Source of the DNA: Toensbergia leucococca | Lineage: Eukaryota | NCBI GenBank assembly: GCA_022813965.1 | Contig: JALDZS010000106.1 | Span: 1 to 64,000, forward strand | Direction: 5' to 3' | Length of the DNA stretch: 64,000 nucleotides | Shown: one piece after another, positions 48,507 through 62,493 of the stretch | Numbering within the stretch: the first letter of the stretch is position 1 | Layout: each line of letters begins with the position of its first letter | Translations under genes and position numbers: made by a program | Notes under the pieces: generated by a model | The model's database searches: none | What the model was told of the DNA's origin: nothing | What the model saw: only the letters and a program-made list of their open reading frames with translations

Positions 48507-48924
48507 AAAAGAGAACGTAAGGAAGGGTAGATGGTAGAGGTAGACGAGAGTCATGAAGTGTAAAAGAGATGGAATGGAGGGATTTGACGAGTGTTAAATA
48601 GTGGATTTGCAAAGTAGATGGATATTATTGGCATTCACTTACATCAATGAATGGCTCTTTGGGAGGGAATTGGAGACTGAGGGAGCGTGAACGGAGAGTG
48701 TGAAGCTAGAGCTGATGGGAGGTGAGGATTTGAAATGAGGATTCGAGGTGAGATTGCGACGTGAGGAAGTGTTGAGAAAGTGACAGAGATTTTCAGGGGA
48801 GCGACGTGTGGATTGTCAAAGACAGGTAAAATGTGGGTATAATGGAGAATAGTACATGAAGAGGGCATAAGATTACAAAAGCCATTGAATGAAAGAAAGA
48901 GATCATAGCTATTCAACTCAATCC

Positions 48925-51900
48925 TCAAGGCGCCGACTTACTAGCCCCCTCCCCCTCCACCACCCCGCTCCTTTCTCCCTCCATTTCCTCCTCCGGCACC
49001 AGCAGCCTGACCCTCTTCCCTCCATTCCCAATCCCTGCACTCAGCGCTCCCCCCTTCGACCCCCTCAAGCCCTTCGCACTAGTCTGGCCCTGCCCTCCCG
49101 TCGTGGTCATCGTCCCAACAACCAAGCCCCTCGCTCTCTCAACAGCTCGACTCTCGCCGACAACCCAGCCGTCCCTCACTACACTCTTCGACTTGCCTTT
49201 CTTTCCCTCCTCGAGCTCTCTGATCCTCTCCTCTCGCCTAATACCAATGACACAATCATGCAGGCATCCTTGAGTGGCGCAACCGCCTTCGCTGGTAAGA
49301 GCATCGCTCCACCAGACGCGTAAGCAGCCTACGTGGCCTCCATGACCGCAGCCCTGGCACCAGCCCCATAGAGCATCGCCGGCGCAAGGGTTCTTGGGTT
49401 CACGACCGATAAATTTGTCTACGGCGCATGGAGATCGCAAGGATGAGATCGGGCCCTCGCCGTTACAGATGGGACAATCGCCCCACGATTGCTTGCAGCG
49501 CTCGCACCATCTCTGGCAGCTGCCTTTACTAGGTTTGAGGCAGGTGGTACACCACGCACCGCCACTTTGAATGCCATAAGTGCCATGGTCGTAGATGTCT
49601 GGATAGTTGGGATAGGCGAAGTTCCGGAGGGCGGCGGCCTGAGTGTGGAGTGAGAGGGAGGTGAGTTGGGAGTGATAGTCATGGAGGATTGATTCGGCAT
49701 AAGGAGTTGGGATCATGGTGGAATGGGGGTCGAGGAGAGATTGTAGGTGGAGGAGTAGGTGGGCCGGCTGTTGAGTGTCGGAGAGCTGGGTAGTGTGGTA
49801 TTCAAGGAGTTGTGGGAGCATTTTTGTGGCGGTCCAGGGGGGAAGCGGAGATATGAGTGAGGATGAATGGGATTGAAGAGGATCGAAATCGCAAGGCTTG
49901 AAGTAATTTGCTGTTGAAGAGCGAAAGTCGACTAGAGGAGTTTCAGGCCGATCCAGGGGTTTGAGAGTGCTAATATGTATGACAGGTGACTCAAGATTTT
50001 TGACGTGAAGAGGTGGCGTAAGTCTTGCTTCTGGAAAAGGGCTATTCTCAAAGTTGTCCGCGAATGACTGCTCTTGTATTTTTTCAAGGGAGGATTCACG
50101 CAGACTTGACTTTGGTGACAGAAAACTTTTCTTTGGGCTAGAAAGACTCGGATTCTCACCAGAAATTTGCCCATTCAGATACTCGCGCCTGGTGTTGCTG
50201 TCCCATGGGTCAGGCGTTGATCCAGACTTATTGGACCCGTGGTTACTCCCAAAAGAACCTGCCATTGAAGTCGCACGATGTGAACTGTCCGTAGAAGCTG
50301 AAAACATCTGAAAACTTTCGTTGGAATCATGTCTGTCAAACCGGGGAACGGACGAGCTCTTGCCCGGAATCGAAAAGGGCTCATCAAGCCTGAGTATAGG
50401 CCTGGGTTTCGCCTTGTAATTTTCCATTGCGGCTCGGCGTTCATTCATGCCATGATCAATGTCTGTGAAACTCCTTACAGGTGATGAGGAAGGGTTTTGC
50501 TTTCCATATTGATATAGATCATGTTCGTTGGAGTCAATTGATTCACGAGGTATCTTTATTGGGGTGAGCACCTCCCTTTCCTCCTTGATCAAATGATCGA
50601 GTAACCGGCTGGGGGCATTTATTTCAGAACGCGTCTCTTCTTGCTTCGTTGAGACCGCCCTTCTACCCCAAGCGGGACCTGGCAGTAGGAGAGACGCGTC
50701 GGTGTTGAGGATCGCTAACTTTCCTGGGAGATCAAAATCATTAGATACATGTTGTACGGGTCTAGCAACCGGAGTTGTCACATTGGATGAAGTTTCTAAT
50801 ACTAAAGGTGTTAGACTTTTTGGAACGCTGTCCTGATCCAAAATTTTGGTACTGTTCTCATTAGACCTGTCTTCCCAATCTTTCTGGGCAATGCTGGAGC
50901 TTTTTGGGTCGGGCGAATGAAGAACCGAAGATGTCTGGCATTGAATTCTTTGCTCTGCCCTAGCTTTCAATTCCTTTTCAATAGCCAAGCCCAGGATTCG
51001 CCAACTCTGTGCTAGGCGGTGCTGACCGGTATAGGTTGCGAGTACTGCATTTTCTCTGAAACCATCGCCAATGATATGATCCGAATTAGATTCAACTCCT
51101 ATATCCAGCGTTTCTGGTGATGATGTGTAGTAACGTGCAAGGAATTCAAAAGCACTTTCATCAAAAGTTCCTGGAATAGATCCGTATGCAGCCATCTGAG
51201 CTGATTGATAGACCCCAGCTTTATCCAAAGCTTCATCAAGTCTGAGTACAGGTGCGTTGATCCCAGCGGATGGAGGTGTACTCGCTATGGATTTGATAGA
51301 CCTTGAGCTTGCCGATTTCCGGCGACGATTGTGGAAAGATGAGCTCAAAAGACTCGGTTCCTCCAAGCTACCATCAGTCGCACTAGGACTACCGCTAAAT
51401 CTTTCACCATTATACTCTTGCCTATGACTTCTTTGTAAAAGCTCAGTAGATGCGTCACCAAGGGATCTTTGTCTGCGAGCTCTATTTTCGGAGAACAAAT
51501 TGATTTGTCCACTTGGGGCAATGGCTACAGTGTTGAGACTCCTTCGATCGAGGACTTTGGGAACAAAATGCATGTCTGTTTGCGTGAACATCCCTGAAAT
51601 TCCAACAGACCATAATAAGTTGTCGGAGTGCCATAGCATTTCAGTGGGAGCTGTGTCGTGTCGTTCTATTTCTCGGAGAGGCATGAATGGACGGCAAAAA
51701 TCCCAAATATGAATGCGCGGATCTTGATGGTCGTATGATGTCGCGAGCTGCGTACACTGCCAGTTGCCTGCATTTTGGCTATCAGCTAACCAGCAAGTTG
51801 GACGCCATCGAACTTGTAGAACAGCATGCGGAGCTCGAAGCTGCCAGCAAGCCTTCATTCGACGATCTGTTGAGGAAAAGTCCCAGATTTTGACGTTTTT

Positions 51901-52888
51901 ATCCGCTCCGCCACTTGCGATGTGTTTACCGTCGGGGTGCCAGTCAATTGAGTGACAAGTTTTTTCATGGGCATTAACTTTTAGCAGTGGGGCACTTGCT
52001 CTGCGGAAATCCCAGTGTTGAATAACACCGTTGTCTGTTCCTACAGCAAATTCAACGCCATTGGTAGGAGACCATCTTAGATCACGAATTCCTTCGTTGT
52101 TCCCCGGGTATTTAAGAAGGCTTTGACACGTCATCACGCTTCGATCGCCAGCCAGTTCACGCACATCCCAGAGTCGAATAGTTGCATCCTGACTTCCAGA
52201 GAGTAACAAAGCTCCCTGGAAAGGATTGAAACCCACCCTATGTACCTGTCGATTGTGCTCGTGTAATCGAGCCAATTCCACGCCTGCCCGGTTTATATCA
52301 TACAGGACAATTTGACCATTGGCAGCAGCAGTAGCAATTATAGTATCAAATTTCCCGTGGGACCATTTGACATCATTCGCGGCTAACTGGTCCTTGTGCC
52401 TGGCAGATATTGCACCTCCTGATGTGTTGTGGGTGGAGGCATAGGCTACGATGGCAGACCGGAGGTTGAAATCTTCGGCACATGTCGAGCCCGAGACTCT
52501 GATGGTTTTCAGAATATCGCGGCCAGCGAGAATAGCATGAGTTTTGTAAGGGGAAAGATCGAGAGCAGCTATCGGTATACCTGTTTTGTGGGCCGTGGTC
52601 TTGGACGATAAAGGGCTGCAGCTGTGATCAGACGGAAATTTGGAGCATGAGAGGGGAAAGATGGTGCGTACAACAACGACTCATGACATACCTAGAGCTT
52701 CGTGGTATGCTTGGTCTGAAGTCCACGGATCTCGGGTCGTCGGCCCGATTTCCAGCGGCACTGGGTGGGCGAGAAGCATAGATAAAAGGCTGGGCAAATC
52801 GAGCAAGGGCATTGGCAGCCCTGTTCCCGTACCGCTGCGGAGGAAGAGGGGGGGCCGGAGGTGGAGGAGGAGCCGGTGGGCCATCCAT
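48925..52888 (-). CDS. RTC1: Rtc1/Sea2/WDR24 (SEACAT/GATOR2 subunit): WD40 repeats plus C-terminal zinc/RING domain; 2 exons
   Basis: WD40 repeats ([37 protein letters not shown]); C-terminal CTTC...CERC...CPIC...[13 protein letters not shown]...[10 protein letters not shown]; intron at ~52622-52691. Confidence 0.88.
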
Positions 52889-53481
52889 CGAAGGTCAGGG
52901 GGGAAAGGGAAGACGGGAGTGGTCCATAGATCAGAGATTTTGCCGATGGTGGTGTTGTAGTCTATATGTAGGCGGTGAGGGAATAGCAGATGATAGGCAG
53001 GTACTCATGGCAACGGGGGGCCTAGTCAACGGTTTCTGAGAGGGACAAAGTTGGTCGATTGGTAGTAGTAGGTAGTAATAGGTAGGGTTATTCGGCTTAG
53101 GGCAAATAGTCCATGACTTGTCTGCACAGCAAAGCACAGCAAAGCACAATGCACACAGATACATGAGAAGTGCCGGAGCGTCTCTTGTGGGTGGCCAATC
53201 AGGTCACATGCGTCATTACCGTCTCCAGGGATGCGGCCCTCTAGTCAAAGTCTAATGTTCAACGTGCGTGTTATTCTCTCCACATTCGAACACATCCCAC
53301 CATCTTATCGAAGGCACTACTAATAGTACTACCTAACGTACCATCTAATTAATGCATTCGGCAACCCAAGCCATGATTCCTCGTACAACTCATCATGCGA
53401 GCTGATTGACAGCTACCTACCTATTCATCTTTTTTCCCACGCGTTGAGCTGCTTCACCGTCACTCGTTATCCTCGTTCACC

Positions 53482-56442
53482 ATGGCAAATACATCTAATA
53501 CTGTCTCCGACCATATTCTTGTCTATCTTCAATACGCATCTCCGATCGTTCTTCTCGTATTCTTTCTTGTTGCCTTTACCGCTCACAGCATAATCACCGC
53601 CTCCAAAGACACCCCCCTCGAACCCTTGCCCGAGCAGACAGGCCCTGGTGGAAAGCCCCTACCAAGGAAACCTGTGCCTTCAGCTGCAGCCAAGAGAGGC
53701 AAGAAAGCTTTGGATTTCAGTCCGGCTAGAAAACTCCTCTTCGATTGGCTTTCAGTGGGCACTATCCTCACCTTCGTGGCTAATGCAGTCGCCGTCATAT
53801 TACACGCTTTGCTAGATCGAGGACTTCATTGGTGGTGTGGTCAGCCGGTAGCAGTATGTCATAATAGCACGCTGCTCACCTCGCATCGAGCACATTAATC
53901 TTGCTAAATTCCGTGTGCCCAGATCTATGTTATTGCGTCCTTTTTTGTGTACACACTTGTCCTAATATCCCTCATCGACACCAGCCCTTCTCCAACGCTA
54001 GCTCATGTCTCTACCTGGGCTATCTCTCTTCTCCTAGAGCTCATCCTCTTCGGAGCCTCATTGGTCAGATATACCGCTCAGCATCGTGAACCCAACGCTG
54101 GCGACACCAGTGGTGGTCAATTGGAGAGGGGCATCACTAAATGGGAAATCGTCGAGATTGTCATTGATGCTCTACGCATAGCATTTCTTCTCTCCTTGGT
54201 GTTGTTCTATGCTATTTTTGTGGTGCTGCGAATTATAGAGCAGCGGCATACTGAGTCAGCCCTGAATGGAGCATCATCCGAGTCAGCACGGCTTCTCCAC
54301 GGCCATGGAACAGGAACCAATGGTACTCCCGTAGGCCAAGAGAATGGAAATTATGGCAGTGTTACTGGGGCAGAAACAAAGGAAGAACCGTCCGGATGGG
54401 TTAGACCTGTCAAAGTTCCCTCCAAAAGCTGGTGGGAATATATTCGAGGCTACTCTCTTTTCTTTCCATACCTCTGGCCTGCCAAGTCTCTTCGACTACA
54501 GATTACAGTAATCATATGCTTCATTCTCGTCATGGTGGCAAGAGTGATAAATGTTCTTGTCCCGATTCAAGTCGGTCGTATCACGAATCAACTTTCCGTT
54601 GAAGATGGAGATGGTTTAAAGGTACCTTGGGGTGGCATATGTCTCTATATTTTCTACCGACTTCTTCAAGGAAACAATGGTTTACTTGGTGCAGCTCGAG
54701 GATCTCTATGGATCCCAATAAGTCAATATTCTTACCAAGAGCTCTCGACTGCTGCATTCGAGCATGTACACGGCCTCAGCCTGGACTTTCATCTTGGTAA
54801 AAAAACCGGGGAAGTCTTGTCGGCGCTGAGCAAAGGCAATTCAATCAATACATTCCTTGAGCAAGTCACCTTCCAGGTTCTCCCAATGCTCATCGATCTG
54901 GGTGTTGCAATAGGTTACTTTCTTGTTGTTTTTGACGCTTACTATGCATTGGTTGTTGCCATTGTGACATTTGCGTATCTCTACATTACCATTCGCTTGG
55001 CTCAGTGGCGAGCAGAGATACGACGAGAGATGGTAAACTTTAGCCGCCAAGAGGACGCTGTCAAGTAAGTTACCTGAAACTATACTTGATTAAAGGGCAG
55101 TCGCTAATGCAGGTCTCAAAGAAACGACTCGATGGTGTCTTACGAGACTGTCAAGTACTTTAATGCAGAACATTATGAGTTCGATCGCTACCGAAATGCT
55201 GTAAAGGATTATCAGGGCGCCGAGTACAAGGTCCTAATATCACTGAACATCATGAATGTTTCCCAAAATCTCGTCTTCACACTTGGACTTCTTATCACCA
55301 GCTTCCTTGCTGCTTACCAAGTCACGAGTGGGCAACGTGAGGTGGGAGATTTTGTTGGACTTCTTACCTATATGGCACAACTTCAGGGGCCGTTAAATTT
55401 CTTTGGTACTTTCTATCGATCAATTCAGTCTGCCATGATAAACTCGGAACGGATGTTAGAACTGTTCAAGGAACGCCCAAGCGTGACCGACCAAGAGACT
55501 GCACAAGACTTATCCTCTTGTATGGGCGGAATTCGATTTGATGATGTGCAGTTTGCTTATGATCCCAGGAAACCTGCTCTTCAGGGCCTAGACTTTTATT
55601 GCGCTCCTGGCACTACTACAGCCCTTGTCGGCGAATCTGGTGGCGGCAAGTCGACAGTCTTTCGTTTACTCTTTAGATTTTACAATACCAACGAGGGCTG
55701 CATCCTCATTGATGGTCAAGATGTCAAGGACATCAAAATCGATTCTCTTCGTCGTCAGATTGGTGTTGTGCCTCAAGACACTGTGTTATTTAACGAGTCT
55801 CTCATGTACAACCTCAAGTACGCGAACCCCTCCGCAACCGACGAAGAGGTTTACGAGGCCTGCCGTGCCGCAAGTATACATGATAAGATATTGAATTTCC
55901 CGGACGGTTATGAGGCTCGTGTCGGAGAGCGCGGTTTGAAGCTGTCAGGAGGAGAGAAGCAACGTGTTGCTATTGCCCGCACCATACTCAAAGACCCGCG
56001 CATTATCCTCCTTGACGAGGCTACCGCCGCGCTGGATAGTGACACGGAACAGAACATTCAAACAGCTCTCGACAAACTATCTCTGGGTCGCACAACCTTG
56101 GTCATTGCACATCGCCTATCCACAATCACAACTGCCGATCAGATTTTGGTTTTGCATTCGGGAAGGGTGGCAGAGCGTGGTACGCATGAGGAACTCCTCG
56201 CTTTGAAAGGGCGCTATGCAAGCATGTGGCGCAAGCAGATACGAGCACAGAAGGCGGCTGAAGAAGCCAAGGTTCTGTCAGACCGCGCCGAACAGCTGCG
56301 AAACGAAGCGCAGGGGGGCGACAGCGCCAGCCAGAGCGAGGACGAAAGAGCGGGTGGTAATCGACGGACAGCTCCTCGCAGGAATGCAGGGAACGGCACA
56401 CAGGGAACGGAGAGCTCGGACATGCCACACAATCATCCATAG
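53482..56442 (+). CDS. hmt1: Half-size ABC-B transporter, heavy-metal tolerance Hmt1/ABCB6-like; 3 exons
   Basis: N-terminal TM extension, LSLDFHLGKKTGEV, YETVKYFNAE, Walker A GESGGGKST, LSGGEKQRVAIAR, ILLDEAT; introns at ~53854-53922 and ~55065-55121. Confidence 0.92.
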
Positions 56443-58358
56443 AATCTCTATGTTCAGAAATATCCAAGGTAAAGAAAAAACGTTGGTGATTCATTTGGTG
56501 GGGGACGAAAGATTCTTTACGACGCCAATGATACACATGGGAACTCTTTACATTTCCGACGCGCAAGCACAAATCTGGGCTTTGCATGATAAAGACACTA
56601 ACGGTTTTGACGTTTTCCTAATTTCTCTTTTTCTCTCGTGGTAAAAAGGGGGGGAGTCGGGCGGGCGGGCGGGCGGAGGTAGCATCCACAAAAGCCACAG
56701 CACAAGGCCGGAAAGCAAACTGTTTCCTTTTTTGCCCAATCTTAGGATAGCTTTTTTCTTTCTTCGAGGACGAGATAGGGAATTTGTGGATAAGGTTTTG
56801 TTTTTGGTTCCCTTTGCCTTTATCGGGCGTACAAAAAAAGGATAGATACAGGGGCTGGGTCGTTTTAGTTCGGCCCGGTAACAAGCACATACATACAAAG
56901 AGCTTGAAAACTTCCGATGAGGTTGCGCTTTCAGTTTGGGTGTAGTGGCGGTTGAGTGAATGTATGAGGGGTTTTTCCCCTGCCAACCTGAGTTATTTTA
57001 TCTTTTTGGGGGATAGTCACTCATCTCAAAAACATTTCATGCTTTTCCACTTTTACTTTTGTTTTTTTGGGTGGATACCACACCCTCCCCCCCCTTCTTT
57101 ATTTCCCCAATTACAACGGGGGCCAACCACCCGCTTTTTGCTTCTTTTTGAAACAACGAACACCACCCCCTCCTTCGACAGCACGTCCGTTACACCTGGG
57201 CACAAATTGTTCGCATTGGAAAATTGTGGAACCCGTATTCTGATTTTCGAAATATTTTTCTTTCCAGCTTCTGGGTTGGGTGGTTGCATTTCTTTGTTTT
57301 ACTCCACTTTCTGTTTCCGTTTGTGGTGAGAATTTGACTAGGTAGGTAGGTACGATACTGTGTGATCCGTGAAGCTTGAAAATTGGTATTTATATAGAAT
57401 ATCTTCTCATCTTAACGAGTGTGAATTCAATCACCATTTTTTTTTTGTTTTGTAGATCTTTCGACCCCCACGACGCCCCCTTTCAACTCATGGATTCGTG
57501 TCAGCCCTAGGTTTTTCCTGTTTCCTTTTCACTGGTGGTGGGTTTTTCGTGCGCTCTTTGGAGAGCTTGTTCTTTTTTTGGGGGTGACTTGCTTGTGTGT
57601 GGATTTTTTTTTTTTTTTTTTTTTTTTTTGGTTGGATGGTTGTTGTTAATTGTGTGTGTCGTGGTGGGGGAGGCGGCTGAGTGGGGGTTGACTGAGTGAC
57701 ACCTGACAGGGGCTGTGAGCTGGAAGATCGCGGGTTTCGTGGTGGCGAAGAGGTGGAATTGGTTGGAATAGGTAAGGGTACTATTTATTGCGCCCGGGTA
57801 GGGCTGCGGCAGGGTTTGTGGTGCGGGGGGTGTTTTTTCGATTGATGCTCTTTATTACTTGTTAGGGTTAGCATACCGAAAAGCTACGAACGTTGAGAGC
57901 TCGACCTTATTTGGGAAATATTGAACAGAATCTCCCAATGATAAACTTTTTAGATTTTTTTGGGGGCTTATCGCGGTTATACGAGGCCAGTGTCGGGCGT
58001 TTTCTAGTTCCGAGGCTGCAGAGATAATATGCCCATATGACACCATTTGGGGGGGTGTTTTCGCATGCGTTGATTTGGAGATGAGAGAAAGTCAATTGGT
58101 ATTGGTTTGTGGTTGGGGGGGTTGATAAGAGGAGAGGGGACCCCGCTTATAATCTTTCTTTCTCAAATTGTTGTATCATTCACAAGCAGCCTGTTGATTC
58201 CGCTTTTGCGGGGGAGGAAAAAGGCAGTCTGGGAATTGGAAGTCGGGTTTTGGCCATTGATCTGACGAATTTTCTTTCTTCGTGACTGGCGATATTCTTG
58301 CTCAATCGACTTTGGACTTCTGGGCCGGGTCAGGGTTTGATATAAGCGTAGGAGGAAG

Positions 58359-59895
58359 ATGACGATGATGAAGCCAACGAGGTTGCTTTGGGCGAGGCCA
58401 CTTCGGCCCTTTGGGATACATGCCTTCGTCACTCGACATCAATACCGGCGTCTGCATGATAGCCGGCCCCATCGCGAAGCTAGCACCGCTGCTTTCGAGA
58501 CTCAGCGTCTGGCTAGCGACTCGATCACATCTACCCAGCCATCAGAGACGGCGTGCAAAGCTCCTCTTTCCCTTCTCCCGTCAAGTACTCTGATCCGTTC
58601 ATATCTAATCACCTACCTTTCTTCCACCCCATTGCTTCTCACCCCAGCTCTGAAACTTCTCTCCATCCTGGCTCATTCTCAGTCGCCGGTTCTGAGTCCG
58701 GATCGGAATCCTGTCTTGAGGTATTTGCTCAAGAAGACCTTTTACGCACAGTTTTGTGCTGGAGAGACGGAGGCGGAGGTTAGGAGAACTGTGCTGGGGT
58801 TGAAGGGGATGGGATACAGGGGTGTGATTTTAGGTTATGCGAGAGAGGTTTGCTTGGGAGAGGGAGAAGTGGGCGCTTTGGGGGAAAAGATGGGTGCGTC
58901 AGGTGTAGATATGGAGATGGAGGCCTGGAAGAAGGGGACTCTAGAGACGGTGAGGTTGGCCGAGGAGGACGACTTCGTTGCATTAAAGTATGAATATCCT
59001 AAAAGAAAGATACATGTCTCCTACTTTATGCTAACCTCAATCTTGAAGATTCACTGGTGCTGGAAGACAAGCTCTGAGTCAGCTTTCTAAAAGTCTCCCT
59101 CCAGATGAAGGTCTTGAGGCTTCCATAATCGAGATATGTGAGCTTGCCAAAGCTAGGAATGTCCGCCTTCTTTTCGACGCTGAGCAACACGCGCTCCAAA
59201 AGGGTATTGATGCATGGACAATGGCCTTCCAGAGGAGATACAATAGCAGAATATCTAGCAAAGCCGTCGTGTATGGAACATATCAGGCCTATCTCCGATC
59301 AACGCCTGCAAACCTTGCTGGTCATCTTGCAGTTGCCAAAGCCGAAGGTTTTACACTCGGTGTCAAACTTGTCAGAGGGGCATATCTTGGCTGCGATCCC
59401 CGTCATCTGTTTTGGGGTCAGAAAGAAGAGACAGACAGGGCGTATGACGGTATTGCAGAAGCGATGATGCGAAGGACATACAATGACACGTTAACACCCC
59501 CAAACGGAACGTCTAAGAAAGACTTTCCCGAAGTGAACCTAGTGTTGGCATCCCACAATCAAGAGACCGTTCGCAAAGCAATGAGCGTTAGGACAGAACA
59601 GATTGAAAGAGGGGATGAGCGAATTGACATGATATATGGGCAATTGATGGGGATGGCAGATGAAGTCAGCTGCGAGTTGGTGATGGCTGGAAAAGACGAA
59701 AAGGCGCTGGAAATTAACGGGAATTTGGCCCCTGAAGTACCCAAGGCATACAAGTATCTCGTTTGGGGGACAGTGGGAGAGTGTGTCAAGTACTTGCTAA
59801 GAAGAGCGGAGGAGAATAGAGATGCGGTGGCAAGGACTAAAGAAGGTTGTGTTGCCCTTAGGGCAGAACTAGATCGCAGGTTCTTAGGCTCGTGA
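58359..59895 (+). CDS. PUT1: Mitochondrial proline dehydrogenase (proline oxidase); 2 exons
   Basis: KKTFYAQFCAGE, ALK|FTGAG, LLFDAEQ, YGTYQAYLR, GVKLVRGAY, LASHN, GQLMGMADE, YKYLVWG...YLLRRAEEN; intron at ~58988-59048. Confidence 0.93.
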
Positions 59896-60001
59896 AATCG
59901 GTCCATAATCTTCAAACCTCACTGCTTACACTTCCGATCTTGGTAAACTGTTATTCGCCACGTGTCTTCATCCATACGACACATCGTCGTGCCCTTGAAA
60001 C

Positions 60002-61396
60002 ATGGCATTCCAAAGCCTAGGAGCAGCAGAAACCCTACCATCTGGCCAAATAGCCGTCATCAGTGTCGCTGTCGCAGCAAACTCCTTACTATCTGATGTT
60101 GTCCGCCAGCAGTATAAGGACTACGAAAAGAAGCTGCAGAAGAGAGTTTAAAAGCAGACTTATAGCCCGCTTCTTAAGTTGGAAAATTCTCCAGAGGGAT
60201 TCTTATTATTTCTCCACCACTGACCTTATCCTGATAATTGACAAAAATGGCCTCGTTATGCTTCCCTCACAATGTCAATGTTGGGTTCTTGTTTTTGAAG
60301 GCGCTTGACTTTGTAAATAGAGCCCATGCTCATGTACGTTATGTTCACAATGCGTATGGCCCGTGCTGTACTAATATTGGTCTCTCAGGTCGAGGGGCTC
60401 GACCCTGAGGCTGCAAAGCGACTAGTTCAGGTTAACCATGAAATTTACAGAATATTCCGGTACTTGGATATCGACGAAATTGAACCAATGCCAGAGCCTG
60501 CTCATTACCCGTGTATAAGTTTCGATGAGAATTCAAAAATCATTGGCGCCAAAGAGTCCTCCCTCGGAACTGAAAGTGCTGGGCAGGATAAGAGCATAGA
60601 AGCGGTTCTGAACGCGAGACACAGTGAAGCGATTACTAGAGAAGAAGTCACGGCATCCAACTCAAAGCAAAGTTCCACGTGGGCAGACATCGCGGCGCTT
60701 CCAAAACGCAAAGCTCTAGGCCCAGCTCGGAAGTTAGACATAGGAGTAGGTCCAAACAAAGCAGCTGAACAGAGGTTCAGCTACAATGAGTCTTCCGCTC
60801 AGCAGCAACGTGTTGTTCTTGTCCATGGTCTAAGGAAAGGCATGACGCTCCGAGAGGTCACTGAGAAGATCTCACAGGGTGCCTTGGTGTCGGTCAAACT
60901 GGAGAACGATGCCAAGTACCCTCCTATGTCAGCACGTATCATCTTTCAGTATTCATCTAGTGCCACCTATTTTCTTGAAGCGAATGCATTAGAAGTGCAG
61001 AGAAGCGGACACTCTCCGTATGGACCTGGCGTAACAGTCAGCTTAGGAGGCTTATGGTCAGACAAGGACATAATTCAAGCCATGGAACCGTCAGAAAACA
61101 AGCGGCGCCGTTTGACTTTTAGTATGCGTAAGATGTTTCTTCGAACGACAAGAGACAAATTGATAGAAGACATGACGCAGCTGGTTGGAGAAGAAAATAT
61201 TGAGATGGTTTTCAAATTTGACGGTGGGACAGCAACAGCGATACTGTCTAGTGTTGAAATTGCAGATAAGGCAAGGAGACATTTCCAGCATTTGGCAAAA
61301 CAGAAAGGACGATACGAAGGCGTGAAGGTAGACTTCTCAAGTGATCCGTGTGAGAAAGAGCTCCAGTGGATGGCTCAGATGCACCATGGACCTTGA
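60002..61396 (+). CDS. Fungal protein with divergent RRM-like domains; 5' exon structure uncertain
   Basis: Main exon ~60389-61396 with RVVLVHGL...SARIIF, RRRLTFS...TATAILSSV and terminal VDFSSDPCE; upstream GT..AG-flanked short exons; the ATG 60002 frame stops at ~60151. Confidence 0.6.
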
Positions 61397-62493
61397 GGCA
61401 ATAAGCCAGCATCATCCGAGACTCAGGCGAGAGAAAATTGAAGTAAGAAAGGCGATGAGGGTAAGTCTAGACGGGTGTTTTTGGTTCCATGTAAATAAGA
61501 AATGTAATTGATCTGGATGCAAACGCGATCGAGGATGGTCATCGTTGATAGTCAGCCCTATAAAGATCACCTAGTTCTAGTTCTAGTTTGGTTTAGCGTT
61601 ATTCTAGAATATCCAGAGGACATTTCAATTCTCGATGGCGAGCAAGGTATTCTATTTACGGATAGAATTTACACGAGTACTCGTTCCTTCAAGATACCTC
61701 GATAGCATGTTATTCTGGAGTGCATACTCAGATTCAAAAGAAATTATCCAAGGCATTTTCATCACGGCTGGAAGATGTACCACAATTGGTTGAAGACGTT
61801 TCATCTTCTAGCGGCTCCAATCCTGTTCCCGAATCTTGACTTATTCTCTAGGTACTGCCTCGTAGAATATTTACAAGCTTTTTGCCTAGATTCAGGGTCA
61901 CTGCGGTGGGGGGCTGATACCTTACAACGAATGATCGGCCATGCAGACCGGACATTAAATAGCGTTTCAACGCAAGCCAACCGCGGTTTTGAGAGACTTG
62001 TAACTTGGCTGCATCATTTCTCCCGCGTACCGCATAGGCGCATCAATAGACCAAGGCCGAGCTTGAGCCTTGAAACGTCGCAACGTGCAACAGTTCCACG
62101 CCAAATCGAACAATCGTCATCTTCCCCGTGCGGGCCATGTCTTTGATCTACCCTCTCTCCGAATGTTACTCGTCCTGGCATGCCATGCCAAGGTATTCTA
62201 GTGACGGACATGGTGGAGCATTCATTGTATGTGGGTACCTAGGGACTCTGTGGTGCCCGGACCTCAAAAAGCACACACTTGGTCAAATCCGAGGTTGCTG
62301 AGGCCCAAGGGTCTGACATATAGCCGCCATAAATTGCGAGATTGCGTGGTCATTTCATTTCAAAACACGCATAGCTTCATCAAGATGGCTGGTGTTATCC
62401 GGTCAAGCAAAGCATCATCTTAAGGTATGCTAAATAGCATCAACCCCCGCTCTTGAATATGCGCCTATCAGTCGCTTTAGGATCTTGATTGCA

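Noticed and set aside
38900..48510. Starship element
   Set aside because: No DUF3435 tyrosine-recombinase captain or typical auxiliary genes recognised; DUF3716 is not DUF3723
57861..57872. Telomeric TTAGGG repeat
   Set aside because: Fewer than two full units; expected by chance in G/T-rich sequence
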